From the NCBI GenBank assembly GCA_030141605.1, contig JAQGDQ010000482.1, positions 105,939 through 169,938 of the forward strand: a DNA stretch of 64,000 nucleotides, written 5' to 3'. This stretch comes from Tubiluchus corallicola. Taxonomy: Eukaryota > Animalia > Priapulida. Below the pieces are notes generated by a model. It was not told the DNA's origin. It saw only the letters and a list, made by a program, of their open reading frames with translations, and did not search any database. Shown here piece by piece: positions 23,504 through 37,300 of this stretch; position 1 is the stretch's first letter; each line of letters starts with the position of its first letter. The translations under genes were made by a program, and so were the position numbers.

Positions 23504-26087
23504 ATGCTAAAGCAAAAAGAGGCTGGTGGTTAAGTGGGTAACGTGTAGGCAACTTGTAGTCCTGAGGAAATCAAGTCATGTGAAAAAATCCCAGATAATG
23601 CTTATGGTTTATTTGAATCACTTGGTCAGGTGGCAAGAGTCATGATGTCACTTGAAACCAGTTTAGAGTACAAGGCTTGCTTTATACTTTGTCCGTTTAT
23701 GTGTATGTCGATGTGTCCATTTCTTACATGCAAAATTCATTATAAAAAGTTGACGTCGACATTCAAATCGTTGGTGCCTCTGTTTCTTTACACTGTAGAT
23801 TTTAAAAGCAGACTCGTAACGAGATATTCAGCTACACTTGATGTCAACACATCCGGTTTAATTATACGTCACAATAGTCACGTGATATGAACAATCTCGC
23901 CATTGCTGCCATTTTTATAGAGTTTTTGTTGTGCATTTCGCGTTTCATTGTACAAAAACTGCGCCAGTATACATGCGTGCTGGTAGTGTTATCAACTTTA
24001 CCCCTTTTGCAAAGTGGCTTTTTTTGTTTTCAACTTCTTCGTTTTTTGGCTGCGCTCATCTTTCTAGTTATAACCTCGTTACTTCGCGAGTTACAATAAA
24101 GTTGTTAAATTTATTCTTGTCGTCTTGGTATTCGAGACATATCTGGTACGTTCTCTAATTAATGGCACTGCTAAAACAGAATCAAGTGAGCTTTGATATT
24201 GACAAAAATTTACTGAGGACCAAAATTAACTACAGTGGTTTTAAGGTATGCATGGAATGTGGACATTTTTATATGACTAGCACAAGTTTTGTAAATTTTG
24301 AGCTGATTCATGTTGTGCAAGCAGTTTTCTGTATGGAAAAACCTGGTTTTCAGTGTCGCAATGGAAGTGAAAGAATTAGCTGGTTTGGACATCGTAGAAA
24401 ACTACAATATGCCCGCATTATTTGGATAGCACAATGCAAAAAGGCTAAAGCAAGTAACGGGCCAGCTCAAGATGTTCTCCTTTTTAACTGTAAGTGTGCT
24501 TTTGCATTCATAGAACTTTTGATTTATTCTTCCTCGTTGTTCCTCTAGAATAAAGATTTATTGAACTGCATAAATAATTTTTTACCGTGCTGGAGATGAG
24601 TTTTAGCAATGTCCTAGATAGCCATTTTATGCAATGGTCATCACACAGTAATCACGCAAATGCCTGTATGAATTTGTAATATTCGTTTCATAACTATGTA
24701 AATCATATTAACTTTCAGTATTATTAAGTGTCTTAAATATTATTTTTTTATTATTATAGAATAATTTTTATTATTATTAATTTGAATTTTCACCTCTTCT
24801 TACTGCTTTGTATTGTCACTAGAGAATTGAAATAATTCTTAAATGTTTCTCGCACATTGTTATTGAGTGGTTACAGCCGCTATTAAGTGTCAAATCTACA
24901 AAACCCGATGTTTTGTGTGCAGCTGACACAAAGTTACCACTAATCTTTGGTTGGCGTTATCAGATAGCAATGAATTTTAGCACACTCAATAAGTGGTTCG
25001 ATTTTACTGAATAAAGTAAAACTGCTCTTGTCAGTTTAAAATGTTTATGATGATATTCTGAATCGTCTCGAAGTTGTCTTACCAAATTCATCTTGCCCAG
25101 TAAATTCTGTCGCATATGCGAGCATTTAATTTACAGTTTATTATTAATTTTGATTTGTAGTTTTAAACTTTACTTTTTCATTACCACTAAGTCAGTGCTG
25201 ACATCTGTTTGTACACTTGAAAGTTTCCATTATATGTGTACACTTGCTACTGATATATGTTTGTATGGACTGGGTTACTGGGCTTCTCTGTGAATGTAGT
25301 AACATTTCACACTTGGTAGCAAGACTAGAGGACAAGCAATAGGCTTAAAGAGTTGTGTGGTCATAATAACGTTTTGACTCAGGTTCCATGATATATGGGC
25401 TGATGGATTTACTTTAACTTTTGTTTACTACTGTTGATTATGTTTACTATTTTCGTGTATATGTGGATTGACTATGAGACTATAATTTTGAGTAAAATAC
25501 AGATCGCAAAGTTAAACCATGTTTTCATCCAGCGATTACTACTGTTTAATATGAACATCGTAACTTGAAAAACAGTCTGATAATCCTGCCAATGTCGGTT
25601 GTTGGCTCTCCCCAAAACACCCCAGCGACAACGTTAGCGTCACGACATATTCCGTTGTTTGAAAAAATGTTCCTAACCTATCTTCTTCTCTTCTTCACCG
25701 TTTTGTTTTTCTCTGCTCTGCCATAGTTTAATCGCTTACAAGAATTTATAATAAATATTTATGTAATCTGAGATTCTTGACCGCAAAATTGACAGTAATG
25801 TCATTTCTGTCTTGCAAATTTTTAAGAGCTTAAATTTGTCGGTGATTGACGTTGGGAAAGCCCTTGCTTGGCATAAGATCATATTCAAAATTATCTAAAG
25901 TCAGTAAAATGGATACAAAACACCAGTTTAACGTGTTGACCAAAAGTTTCTTTATTCTGAAATACAATTATTAACATTTAGTTTAATTTGCGTTGAGTAG
26001 AAGAAAATTAGTTGCATGATTAAATGTATTGCTATAACTAAGTACTGATATAAAAATTATGTAGATTATATTGAAATTAATTAATAA

Positions 26088-26270
<183 letters not shown>

Positions 26271-28044
26271 TGCGTTGTGTCTGTCGATGTAAATAATCGC
26301 CCACATTCTGATTATATAGAGGCATGGACGCCATTATGTATGATTATTATGCCTTTAGTATGATTTTGCACTATTCAACTCTATGGAAGCCTGTTGTAGT
26401 TATACATTTTTATATAGCCAAAGTATTTATGATAATTGTTTGTAAGGTTTCAACCTATGATTTAGTTAATCACATCGTCTGTTTGTAGTTGTTCATTTAG
26501 TTATGGTATCCGTAGATAATACGCTGATAGGATTAAACACATTGGCAGTCTCATGCACCATTTAGTCACCATTTAGTAGATGCTGACTCTGCCAGCAGAG
26601 GGCAGCACCGGTACCTATTCCTAACATTCTGTACTATTCTACTGTGTTGAACGTGTATTTCAGTAAATCTGTTCTTTAAAATGTTTGTGTACTTTCGGTT
26701 GTTATCTTAGAATCTAACTTAGATTCTAAGACTTAGATAATGTATTAACAGATTCTGTGTGCCATATACCATATTTGTGTGAAGGTACCATTCCTGGCAC
26801 TAGTCTCAATAATTACTCTAAATGAGATTCGAGAAGGAGATCTATACTCCAAGCTTGTGTTGTATACAAACTCTGGACTGTTCTCATCTACATGTATTTA
26901 CCAAAGATTCTGTCAGTTCCTATTTCGTCAAAGAGTTAACAGAAATATTTCTGTAGCTTCTACCACAACACGAACGCACCAAACAAGTGAATTAAAATAA
27001 ATAAGCTCCCCGCTTGACAGGTTTCAGGACGGTATTACATGCTAATATATGAAGTCTTTCGACAAGAACATATTTCACAGAAACATGACCGAAATAAAGC
27101 AGCGTTACACTGGCAGTTACAGTTTTGCAGTGAATTTGAATACATGTGGTGGAAGATGATCATTAAAAGTTGATGTTAGTCACAAATGCCAAAATTTATA
27201 AATGCACATCAACTTCTTAGTTTAGGCGTCCCGTTTGACTATCCTCTGTCTTGCTCATCCGTCTGTCTTCCGATCAGACATTTTCCCGGACAACCTGCGA
27301 TGAAGCCAGGGAAGATGCAAACTGGGTCACCTGCCATCATTTTACAAATTCATTCATTACAAAAAGATTGATTACTCGAGATACAAATTTGGACTTCACT
27401 GAAAATTTTACGCTCTATTGAGGCTGTCAGTTTTAGATAGAAGAAGGATTTCCTGCGCCGCACGGACGGTATATATACAAACGGCCACACGTCCCGCTCA
27501 CATGACCCCCCCCAGGTTCGTTACACACTAGTGCATAATTAAGTAAAGCCCACGTAAAACAACAAGAAAGCTCGCAACTGTAATTACTGAACTGATACGG
27601 CAGACAGCTTTGCTTTGCCCACACTGCATGTTGTGATTGTAGTTAAGACACTTCAATGGAGTTTACGTGACGGTTGACTTACAGCAACTGCGCAAATGCA
27701 TAGCAAAACTGCGAAAAGACCCTTTCTTAAACAATCAGACACTATGAATTAACAAAATTATTAGTCAAAATTTAATGAAAATTAGCTTGCATAGCTACAA
27801 GACATACTCTAAAAAGTTTATACTATTCGTATTTACTAAATCTGTACTGAGTAAATACTATCAGATAGAAATTAGAATTTTTAGTGACACTACAGTGTAA
27901 CAGAAACAGAATGGTCTTATGTACAATGTCAGAATGGTTATGCCTTGAGAGTGTTCTGCAATAATGAATTTTAGCCAGATGTAACTGATCCAATCTTTCA
28001 TTGAAACATAAATATCTGTGTTGAAGTAATTAGAGATCTGCAGT

Positions 28045-28130
28045 TTACAAGGCTTCTTCAGTTAGCCAGAATGCCCTTGCCCTATTCTCTGGCTTCTTCA
28101 GTTAGCCAGAATGCCCTTGCCCTATTCTCT
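28045..28130. repeat. ~40-bp direct duplication
   Basis: ggcttcttcagttagccagaatgcccttgccctattctct occurs twice. Confidence 0.85.
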
Positions 28131-28443
28131 AAGTGCCAAGCCAAATTACAGCACAGCCGATTTCCTGTACACTAACTTGTAAAAATGTTCACAACAGAAA
28201 CTGAGTATGAATTTGCTTGTTTGCATTACTAGCAAGTTTATTTAACTTATCTTGTGATGAAATCAGACCACTTGAGTCGGAGTTTCTTGCTATATCTCTC
28301 TACTCGATGCTAGTCCAAATAGCTATTACAAATCTCAAATAACACTTACAATTCATTAAGCCATCTAAGCCAGTGCAAATATCCATTACTATTACAACTG
28401 TGAAACTAATCGCATCTGAGCTATTTGACTAAAAAAGATAAAT

Positions 28444-28686
28444 TCCTCTTTTGCCACTTTGATCAAGCCAAATTGAGTATGAATCTTGGTTGTTTGCATT
28501 ATTAGCAAGTTCATTTAAGCTGTGATGCAATCAGACCATCTGATTTAGAGTTTCATACTATATCCCTCTTTTGCCACTTTGGTCAAGCCAAATTGAGTAT
28601 GAATCTTGGTTGTTTGCATTATTAGCAAGTTCATTTAAGTTGTGATGCAATCAGACCATCTGATTTAGAGTTTCATACTATATCTC
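28444..28686. repeat. 120-bp tandem duplication (older related copy at ~28200-28300)
   Basis: cctcttttgccactttg...gtttcatactatatc occurs twice. Confidence 0.85.
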
Positions 28687-29099
28687 TTTACTCAGTTCTG
28701 GCAGTCCTGAACTTAGCAAGTAATGTTTACTCTCATCCAAAGTACTCAATTATTAACACTATGAACAAATCTTGATTGAACTACCCAGTGACAAATAAGC
28801 AGGAAAAATCAGGAACACCAGTTGTTTTTGTGGCTGTCTGTGTAATTTTTTTATTTCGAACCACTGAGCAAACCAAATTACAAGAGACAAAGAAAAACTA
28901 GATTAAAAAACATTAACCAAAGAAACCACATGTAAGTGTGAAATCATAATAGTTCAAGCACAAAAGAAACGCATACAACAGAGCAACATACATAGATATC
29001 ATAAACTTAATATTACATGTATTACAGTTAGTCAGTCTGTCAGGCTTGCACTGAGTTGCCTCAGTCTTCTAATATTTTCTGGACCAATCTAGCATTAAT

Positions 29100-29340
29100 T
29101 TTAATAACCTCTACATCTTGTGACGCATTTAAAAATAAGAACTGCTCATTAGAAGACATAATGAAACTTAGTACAGAAATTATAAAGAATACTGAAATAT
29201 TCTTCTCTTATATGAACGCACAGTTGGCATTCAGTAATTACATTCAATTCATTCTCTACTTTGTTCAAACAACAATTTTTATATATTAGTTGTTCTACAG
29301 GTATTTTTTGGCTTATGATATCTACCGATTTCAATTATAA
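29100..29340 (-). mobile_element. Degenerate non-LTR C-terminal Cys-rich region (RTEX/L1-like)
   Basis: With one frameshift reads IEIGRY..IPVEQLIYKNCCLNKVENELNVITECQLCVHIRE, resembling the IExGRY..R.C..C...VEDE.H....C pattern. Confidence 0.55.
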
Positions 29341-30173
29341 TATTCCTTCAGTACCCCTGATATCTGCCAACACCCTACCAGGGCCACTAGAAGTGAGGCC
29401 ACCAACTGCAAAGCATCAAGGAGGATTGCTCGTCCTCATTTGACATTGCCGGCTTATACAATATTACACATAGCCTATATTCCTACTTTCGTGCTATACA
29501 TACCTGGCAAAAAACCAAATGACCAATTGATGCTAGGCAAGTAACTGATTCTGCAATCAACTAAATAAGCCAGGTAAACGTGCAGCTAACAGAAAACCTT
29601 GAAAAGAATAAATAAACGAAGAGTGTTTGTATTATGATTATGTTATGAAAATTGATATATCTAAGGTCCTATAAATCCTGGTATTTTAGTTTCCTGAATT
29701 GTTTGTTGCACATCTATTCCTCATACAAATAATGTTGTCATGCAGCTGCAAAAGAAATAATGCCCAAAAAGGATCCTTGATTATGTGGGAGACAGAAAGA
29801 TATTTTTGCTTATAATAATTATATCAACTTTAATAAATAAAACATGTGCAATAAAAGCCCCTCTGTGTGTGAGGGAGCGCTTGCAGCAAAAAGCACCTTC
29901 TTATGAATGCACTTTCTTTCTAACATAGAAGCATTAACGGTTCACGTGATATGTGTTCACTCAGCGTGAGATAGTAGTGAAACCAATGCCATATTACCAT
30001 GACAGGGGAAACTACAAGACACCTCGTTCACTTTAAAATTCCAACATAATTTGGGGGACTTTGTGACTTTTCGCAAGTGAATCGTGGCTTTCCGTAAGTG
30101 CGCGTTGCTTAATTTAATTCAAACTTGTGCAGCATACCTAATGTTTATGCAAAAATATCATGAAGTTAGCTAT

Positions 30174-30410
30174 TTAGTTTTTTGTAAAAAACGAATTTTC
30201 TGCAAAGTTTGTTTTTTGTTCTAACTGAAGTGCACAAACCTTTAGTAAGCCATGGCTTGCCATGAACTTTATGTTTAGGTTTCTGTTTAAGTTTAACAAG
30301 AAAGTAACCATTGTGCAGCTGAGTGAGATGTTCAATAAAAATATTATATGCACGATTAGAGTCATTAACGTGGAATAGTTCTTCCTCTGTTTCTCTGGAA
30401 AGCAAGGTAT
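30174..30410 (-). mobile_element. CR1/L2-group ORF2 fragment (EN-RT linker)
   Basis: AYNIFIEHL...KPWLTKGLCTSVRTKNKL. Confidence 0.65.
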
Positions 30411-30597
30411 TAAATTTTTCTTTTTTCCTCGGATAACTTTTTGTTGTTGTAAGAGGAATTTTTTCACAACTAACATTTATATCGCACTTTTTATGCCCAC
30501 AAGAGCTTAATTAGCAGCAGCATACTTCCAATTTGCACCATCCTTTCCTTTCATTTCCTGGTGTAAATTGCTTGGCTCTTCCATTTACCCCACCATC

Positions 30598-30930
30598 GGC
30601 ACCTCCATTACGCACATTCTGGACAGTAACATACAAGCTACATCCACGTCCCCTACTTCCTCGACTCCCTGTTTCTTGCTTCTTTTCTATTTACACCACC
30701 ATGAGCACCTCCATTACGCACATTCTGGACAGTAACATACAAGCTATGTCCACGTCCCCTACTTCCTCGACTCCCTGTTTCTTGCTTCTTTTCTATTTAC
30801 ACCACCATGAGCACCTCCATTACGCACATTCTGGGCAGTAACATACAAGCTATGTCCACGTCCCCTACTTCCTCGACTCCCTGTTTCTTGCTTCTTTTCT
30901 GTTTACACCCCCATCAGCACCTCCATTACC
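30598..30930. repeat. ~106-bp tandem repeat x3
   Basis: cacctccattacgcacattctg recurs at ~30600, 30706 and 30811, with a partial copy at 30918. Confidence 0.9.
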
Positions 30931-31764
30931 CTCTTTCTGAGCAGGCTAACATACAGGCTAAATTTTGGTTCAATAAATGCCCTTGGATTGTTCTATGGTT
31001 ATTTCTGGAAACATTTTGATGATTTTTTTCTGCAGTTAGAAAAAATGCAACTTTTGGATTCCCTTTCCTTTGTAGCTGATCAATGGAATGACATAGCATT
31101 ACATCATAGTAACTCTTACTCCATCCAACCTGGGCCACAATATCTGTAATATGTTACATCAAGTTTAATGATAATGCTAGTTGCTATAGTAACATATCTG
31201 ACATACAAAATTTTACATTTAACATCACAAGTATAAGACTTGATGAAAAACTTTAAATTTGTGACCTTTGTCACTTTGTTACCTTTATCGATAAATAAAC
31301 ATATATATATCGATGATGATAATAATGCATATTAAGTAAACTAGCAATCAGTATTATTACCGGTGATACAAATCTAACATTTTCTGACTTTAGTGTCATA
31401 ACTATAGTTATTTTTATACACATTTTAGATAGTTGTAAACCAGTGAGGTATTAAATTGGGTTGTACATTCTGAACAGGTAAATTATTAACATTGGTAACT
31501 GGTTACAGGTGTGCTCTATCACTATGCTATGATTAGCTTTATCATTATAAGTGACAAGTAAAAAGTTAGCATGTCCCTGAGGGTCTTTGTGCTGTACTGA
31601 GACTGTTTTAAGAATTTAGGTTTTGCTATACGGGTTCACATGTTTTGAACAAAAAATTGATAATACCAATAAAGACTGTCGACAGTGCACTGTTAACTGT
31701 AGGCAAACTTGCTCATTGAAGATAGGGCCACAAGCCATGCACTAGCATGACTTGAAGATTTTGG

Positions 31765-32270
31765 TCACAGCCATGCTTTATCAACCTCAGAAGTAGATGC
31801 TTCATTTGGAGACTTTAACTCAGGTAAAGTCATAAAAAATGCTTCAACCTTTTCAGCACAGACCGATTTTACTACATGTAAATCTAATGCAGCATAAGTG
31901 TTAGAGGAAGGACCTCTAGAAAATATTTCTTGAACTAAAGAAGCTGAACTGCTAGCTGATGCCAGGAAAACTGGAAGACTCAGCTGGGTGTCACATCTTA
32001 TACGAAGACCTCTTCTGGAAACTGGCAAGGAAGCTGGTAACCAAACTGAATCAGACATATGAATGTTTAGTATAGTCTGAAGTGTGTCATGAAGAATAGA
32101 ATCATAGTGGCCAAGTACATTGGAAAAAGATTGGAAAACAGGTGAAGATCTCAAAATATGGACCAATTTTGAAATAGAGAAGCAATGTCAACGTAGGTAT
32201 TTTGCATCATGTGTATCTAATAAGCTAAGCCAAGTACCAAGAAGTATTAACTGGTCTAATTTTTTTCAAA
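31765..32270 (-). mobile_element. Degenerate CRE-like (RLE-type) non-LTR RT fragment
   Basis: CFSISKLVHILRSSP...SLPVSRRGLRIR...LSLPVFLAS resembles the LP...GGLGI..A.PAFLAS post-RT motif. Confidence 0.6.
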
Positions 32271-34358
32271 ATTGCCACAGGATTTCATAAGGTTTGTGAC
32301 TTTCTAGTTACTTTTCTTTAGAAAATGTAAAAGTTCTACAAAACAACAGAAGGAAAACAAGTTAACATGTGCCGCATGGTATTAATATTAAGATAAAAAT
32401 TGATTTGCTTTTGTTATCTAGTCCAGATAACCAAATATTCCAGGTATTTGGGGTCTGGATGACCAGGGTCCTGCCTAACTGAGTGCTTTTTTGGCAGGCA
32501 TGGCTAGTGCATTGGGTTCATGACATTTTTGTAAACACCAGTCATTTATTTCGCCGATATTTAATGTAACGTGGTTGGCACTGTTTGGCATTATTATTTT
32601 TGTTATCTAGGCAAATGGGTTTTGTGGGCCACGGTACATTAAACCTCACTAAGATATTAATGTATGTCTGAAATTTGGGTCCATTTCTGCCCATGTGTAC
32701 CAAATTTATTACACTGTGCATCTGGAAAGTTGAAAGAAAATGCAAAACAAATGAGTTAAGTTTAACCAATTTATTTCCTAATCATAAGTCAGATACAATA
32801 AAATGATAATAGTAGTAAACATGTGAATAGGGGTTCATAACTCCAACTTCATATCATTCTATTTCACAGTGTAGTGGGCTATTCAATTTGTCAGATAAGT
32901 ATTTGTACATCTTTGCCTCAATTTAGTTACAAGTTCATGTGACTGTTTCAATTTGAGATCAATAGCCCTTCAACTTGAAAGTCTGAATTTCTTACCTTTT
33001 ATTTCAGTTTTTTCTTACTTCTGCTTTTGTCACAGCAGAGCAGTGAATGCCTCGATCCTGGCTAAAACACTTGTTTTACACACAAACAAGGCGTTCATCC
33101 TTATCCACCGGAAAAATCTGGTTACGCCAACGCAGCATCTTGTTCTTCCCTCTGTACTTTCTTCCGGTGATGCTAATGGGATCTTGGCATTTCTTTCTCA
33201 TTCCATGCTTTCAGTTCAGACGCCAGTCAGTGAACATTTTCTATAACTGTGTCTCTAGATTCAGGCCACACAACTCTGATATGGGAACTTTTGGTGTGCC
33301 TCTCAGTTGGAATATTGTCGCAAGTTTTTTTTACTTGTAGTCGGTTTCGCTTCCAATTTTTAGTTTGTTTGCTGTTTTGACGATGAATGAAGCGAGCTAG
33401 CATAGTAATGGCATTCTTACATATAATTACCCCCCACGAGAGCTTACGCTGGGTCAAAATGGCAATGATGAATACCAGAACGACTTCAAACCACGAGCTC
33501 TCTCTACCTTTTCAGCTGGGCTCGGCAATAAGCCATTTCAGTGTGAGAACGTTTCGTACCCAATTCATGTAACAGATAGTGTACTTACAGAATTGCAATA
33601 GCCTTTAAGTGATTCTCAATTGTAGTTAACGCACACACTTGTAAATAACAGTTGTAAATGGAATTTATTAGTTAAACAGAATGCAAAAATACTTAACATC
33701 AATAACAATTACATTTCAACTCGGTTTGTAGTATCACGTAATTGGTTAACAGAAAATTGCGTTAATGATTTGCTGTACATTTGGTTTTATCAAACTTACA
33801 ATCAATTTCGTAACAACTGTTCCTTCAATAAAAGTGAACAACTAACAATAATTGAATACAATTATATATGTGTTACCAAGAAAATATGATAAGTAAAATC
33901 ACTTAGCTCTGGGACTGGCCAATCTGTATAAGATTCAACAATTAGCCCAGTCTGGTTCCTAATATGACCTGTTATCTATGCCTCAGTGGTTGGCTTGATC
34001 CAACTATAAAGAGGTCATCTATGCTGATCGCAATAGAAAGTTTTGCTCTAACCTCTAGAATGTACAACAGAGAGCCCACACCTTGTCATCTACTTGGCAT
34101 CGACCAAAAAGCCCCGTCTCTCTGTCATACCCCCTCCCTTATGAAGCCTCTCAGTCATGTGACATGGTACACCTGATGGCTCGCTACCTGAACATCTCGA
34201 TTCTGCGTGCTTCGCTACTTTAGCCATCTGTCACTAGGACAGAGTGCTGGGATGTCTCTGTCCTAAAACCCGTGGCCCAACTGTCGGCCATTGTTAACCG
34301 TTTCTTTGGTCAGCTGGGTACCGGGCACTCAATTCACATGACCAAGCTCTGACAACAC

Positions 34359-37300
34359 GTCTATTAAGAACAATAGCAGAATGTTTGCTGGTCACTCGAC
34401 TGACCAGGTACCATTCTCCATCAACTGCTTGAGAAGGTTGACTTCCCCAGAAATGCTTTCATCTATGAGAGCTGCAGGGGGCTGCACAGCCCAGGAATGT
34501 TGCTCAAGAAATAGCGTGCTCTTTTCTGGGCAGAGAACCACTGTGCATCCCCAGTACCGGGTCACACTCAGAAAGAAGAGCAAGTTAAAGTGATCACTAA
34601 AAGTAACTTTTTGTTAGTGTGCAAGAGCATTTTTTCCATTTTACAATATACTAAATTTTGTTTTTCTTGTTTCGAGCCTAATTAAATAATTAGGTTCACA
34701 ATCCTGACAAAAATAATCAAGGCTTCTCCAGAAATGCTTTCATCTATGAGAGCTGCAGGAGAGCTATACAGGCCAGGAATGTTGCCCCAAAAATAGCGAT
34801 TATCCCAAAGTACCAGGTCACACTGCGAAAAGAAGAAGAGCAAGTTAAAGTTATCACTATAAGTAACTTTTTGTTAGTGTGCAAGAGCTTTTTTCTATTT
34901 TACAATATTATGTCTATTAAGAACAATAGCGCAATGTTTGCTGGTCACTTGACGGACCAGGTATCATTCTCCATCAACTGCTTGTCAAGATTGGCTTCTG
35001 CAGAAATGTTTTCATCTATGAGAGCTGCTGGAGAGCTGTACAATCCAGGAATATTGCTTCAGAAATAGCGGTTATCCCAAAGTACCGGGTCACACTGCGA
35101 AAAGAAGAGCAAGTTAAACTGACCACTAAAAGTAACTTTTTGTTTATGTGCAAGAGCTTTTTTTCATTTTACAATATTATGTCTATTAAGAACAATAGCG
35201 CAATGTTTGTTGGTCACTCGACTGACCAGGTATCATTCTCCATCAACTGCTTGTCAAGATTGGCTTCTGCAGAAATGCTTTTATCTATGAGAGCGGCAGG
35301 GGGGTCACACTGCGAAAAGAAGAGCAAGTTAAAGTGATCACTAAAAGTAACTTTTTGTTAGTATGCAAGAGCTTTTTTCCATTTTACAATATACTAAATT
35401 TTGTTTTTCTTGTTTCGAGCCTAATTAAATAATTAGGTTCACAATCCTGACAAAAATAATCAAGGCTTCCCCACAAATGCTTTCATCTATGAGAGCTGCA
35501 GGGGAGCTGTACAATCCAGGAATGTTGCCCCAGAAATAGCGGTTATCCCAAAGTACCGGGTCACACTGCGAAAAGAAGAGCAAGTTAAAGTGATCACTAA
35601 AAGTAGCCTTTTGTTAGTGTGCAAGAGCTTTTTTTCCATTTTACAATATACTAAATTTTGTTTTTCTTGTTTCGAGCCTAATTAAATAATTAGGTTTACA
35701 ATCCTGACAAAAATAATCAAGGCTTCCCCAGAAATGCTTTCATCTATGAGAGCTGCAGGAGAGCTGTACAATCTAGGAATGTTGCCCCAGAAATAGCAGT
35801 TATCCCAAAGTACCAGGTCACACTGCGAAAAGAAGAGCAAGTTAAAGTGACCACTAAAAGTAACTTTTTGTTTATGTGCAAGAGCTTTTTTTCATTTTAC
35901 AATATTATGTCTATTAAGAACAATAGCGCAATGTTTGCTGGTCACTCGACTGACCAGGTATCATTTTCCATCAACTGCTTGTCAAGACTGGCTTCTGCAG
36001 AAATGCTTTCATCTATGAGAGCTGCAGGGGAGCTGTACAATCCAGGAATATTGCTTCAGAAATAGCGGTTATCCCAAAGTACCGGGTCACACTGCGAAAA
36101 GAAGAGCAAGTTAAAGTGATCACTAAAAGTAACTTTTTGTTAGTATGCAAGAGCTTTTTTTCATTTTACAATATACTAAATTTTGTTTTTCTTGTTTCGA
36201 GCCTAATTAAATAATTAGGTTTACAATCCTGACAAAAATAATCAAGGCTTCCCCACACATGCTTTTATCTATGAGAGCTGCAGGAGAGCTGTATAATCCA
36301 GGAATATTGCCCCAGAAATGGCGTGCATCCCACAGTACCAGGTCACACTGAGAAAAGAAGAGGAGCAAGTTAAAGTGACCACTAAAAGTAACTTTTTGTT
36401 TATGTGCAAGAGCTTTTTTTCATTTTACAATATTATGTCTATTAAGAACAATAGCGCAATGTTTGCTGGTCACTCGACTGACCAGGTATCATTCTCCATC
36501 AACTGCTTGTCAAGATTGGCTTCTGCAGAAATGCTTTTATCTATGAGAGCTGCAAGGGAGCTGTACAATCCAGGAATGTTGCCCCAGAAATAGCGGTTAT
36601 CCCAAAGTACCGGGTCACACTGCGAAAAGAAGAGCAAGTTAAAGTGATCACTAAAAGTAACCTTTTGTTAGTGTGCAAGAGCTTTTTTTCCATTTTACAA
36701 TATACTAAATTTTGTTTTTCTTGTTTCGAGCCTAATTAAATAATTAGGTTTACAATCCTGACAAAAATAATCAAGGCTTCCCCACAAATGCTTTCATCTA
36801 TGAGAGCTGCAGGAGAGCTGTACAATCCAGGAATGTTGCCCCAGAAATAGCGGTTATCCCAAAGTACCAGGTCACACTGCGAAAAGAAGAGCAAGTTAAA
36901 GTGACCACTAAAAGTAACTTTTTGTTTATGTGCAAGAGCTTTTTTTCATTTTACAATATTATGTCTATTAAGAACAATAGCGCAATGTTTGCTGGTCACT
37001 CGACTGACCAGGTATCATTCTCCATCAACTGCTTGTCAAGATTGGCTTCTGCAGAAATGCTTTTATCTATGAGAGCTGCAGGGGAGCTGTACAATCCAGG
37101 AATATTGCTTCAGAAATAGCGGTTATCCCAAAGTACCGGGTCACACTGCGAAAAGAAGAAGAGCAAGTTAAAGTTATCACTAAGAGTAACTTTTTGTTTA
37201 TGTGCAAGAGCTTTTTTTCCATTTTACAATATATTAAATTTTGTTTTTCTTGTTTCGAGCCTAATTAAATAATTAGGTTCACAATCCTGACAAAAATAAT

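Noticed and set aside
32950-34350. Possible degenerate gag or other coding sequence
   Set aside because: Composition looks coding-derived, but all frames I translated have stops and no motif I can name with confidence.
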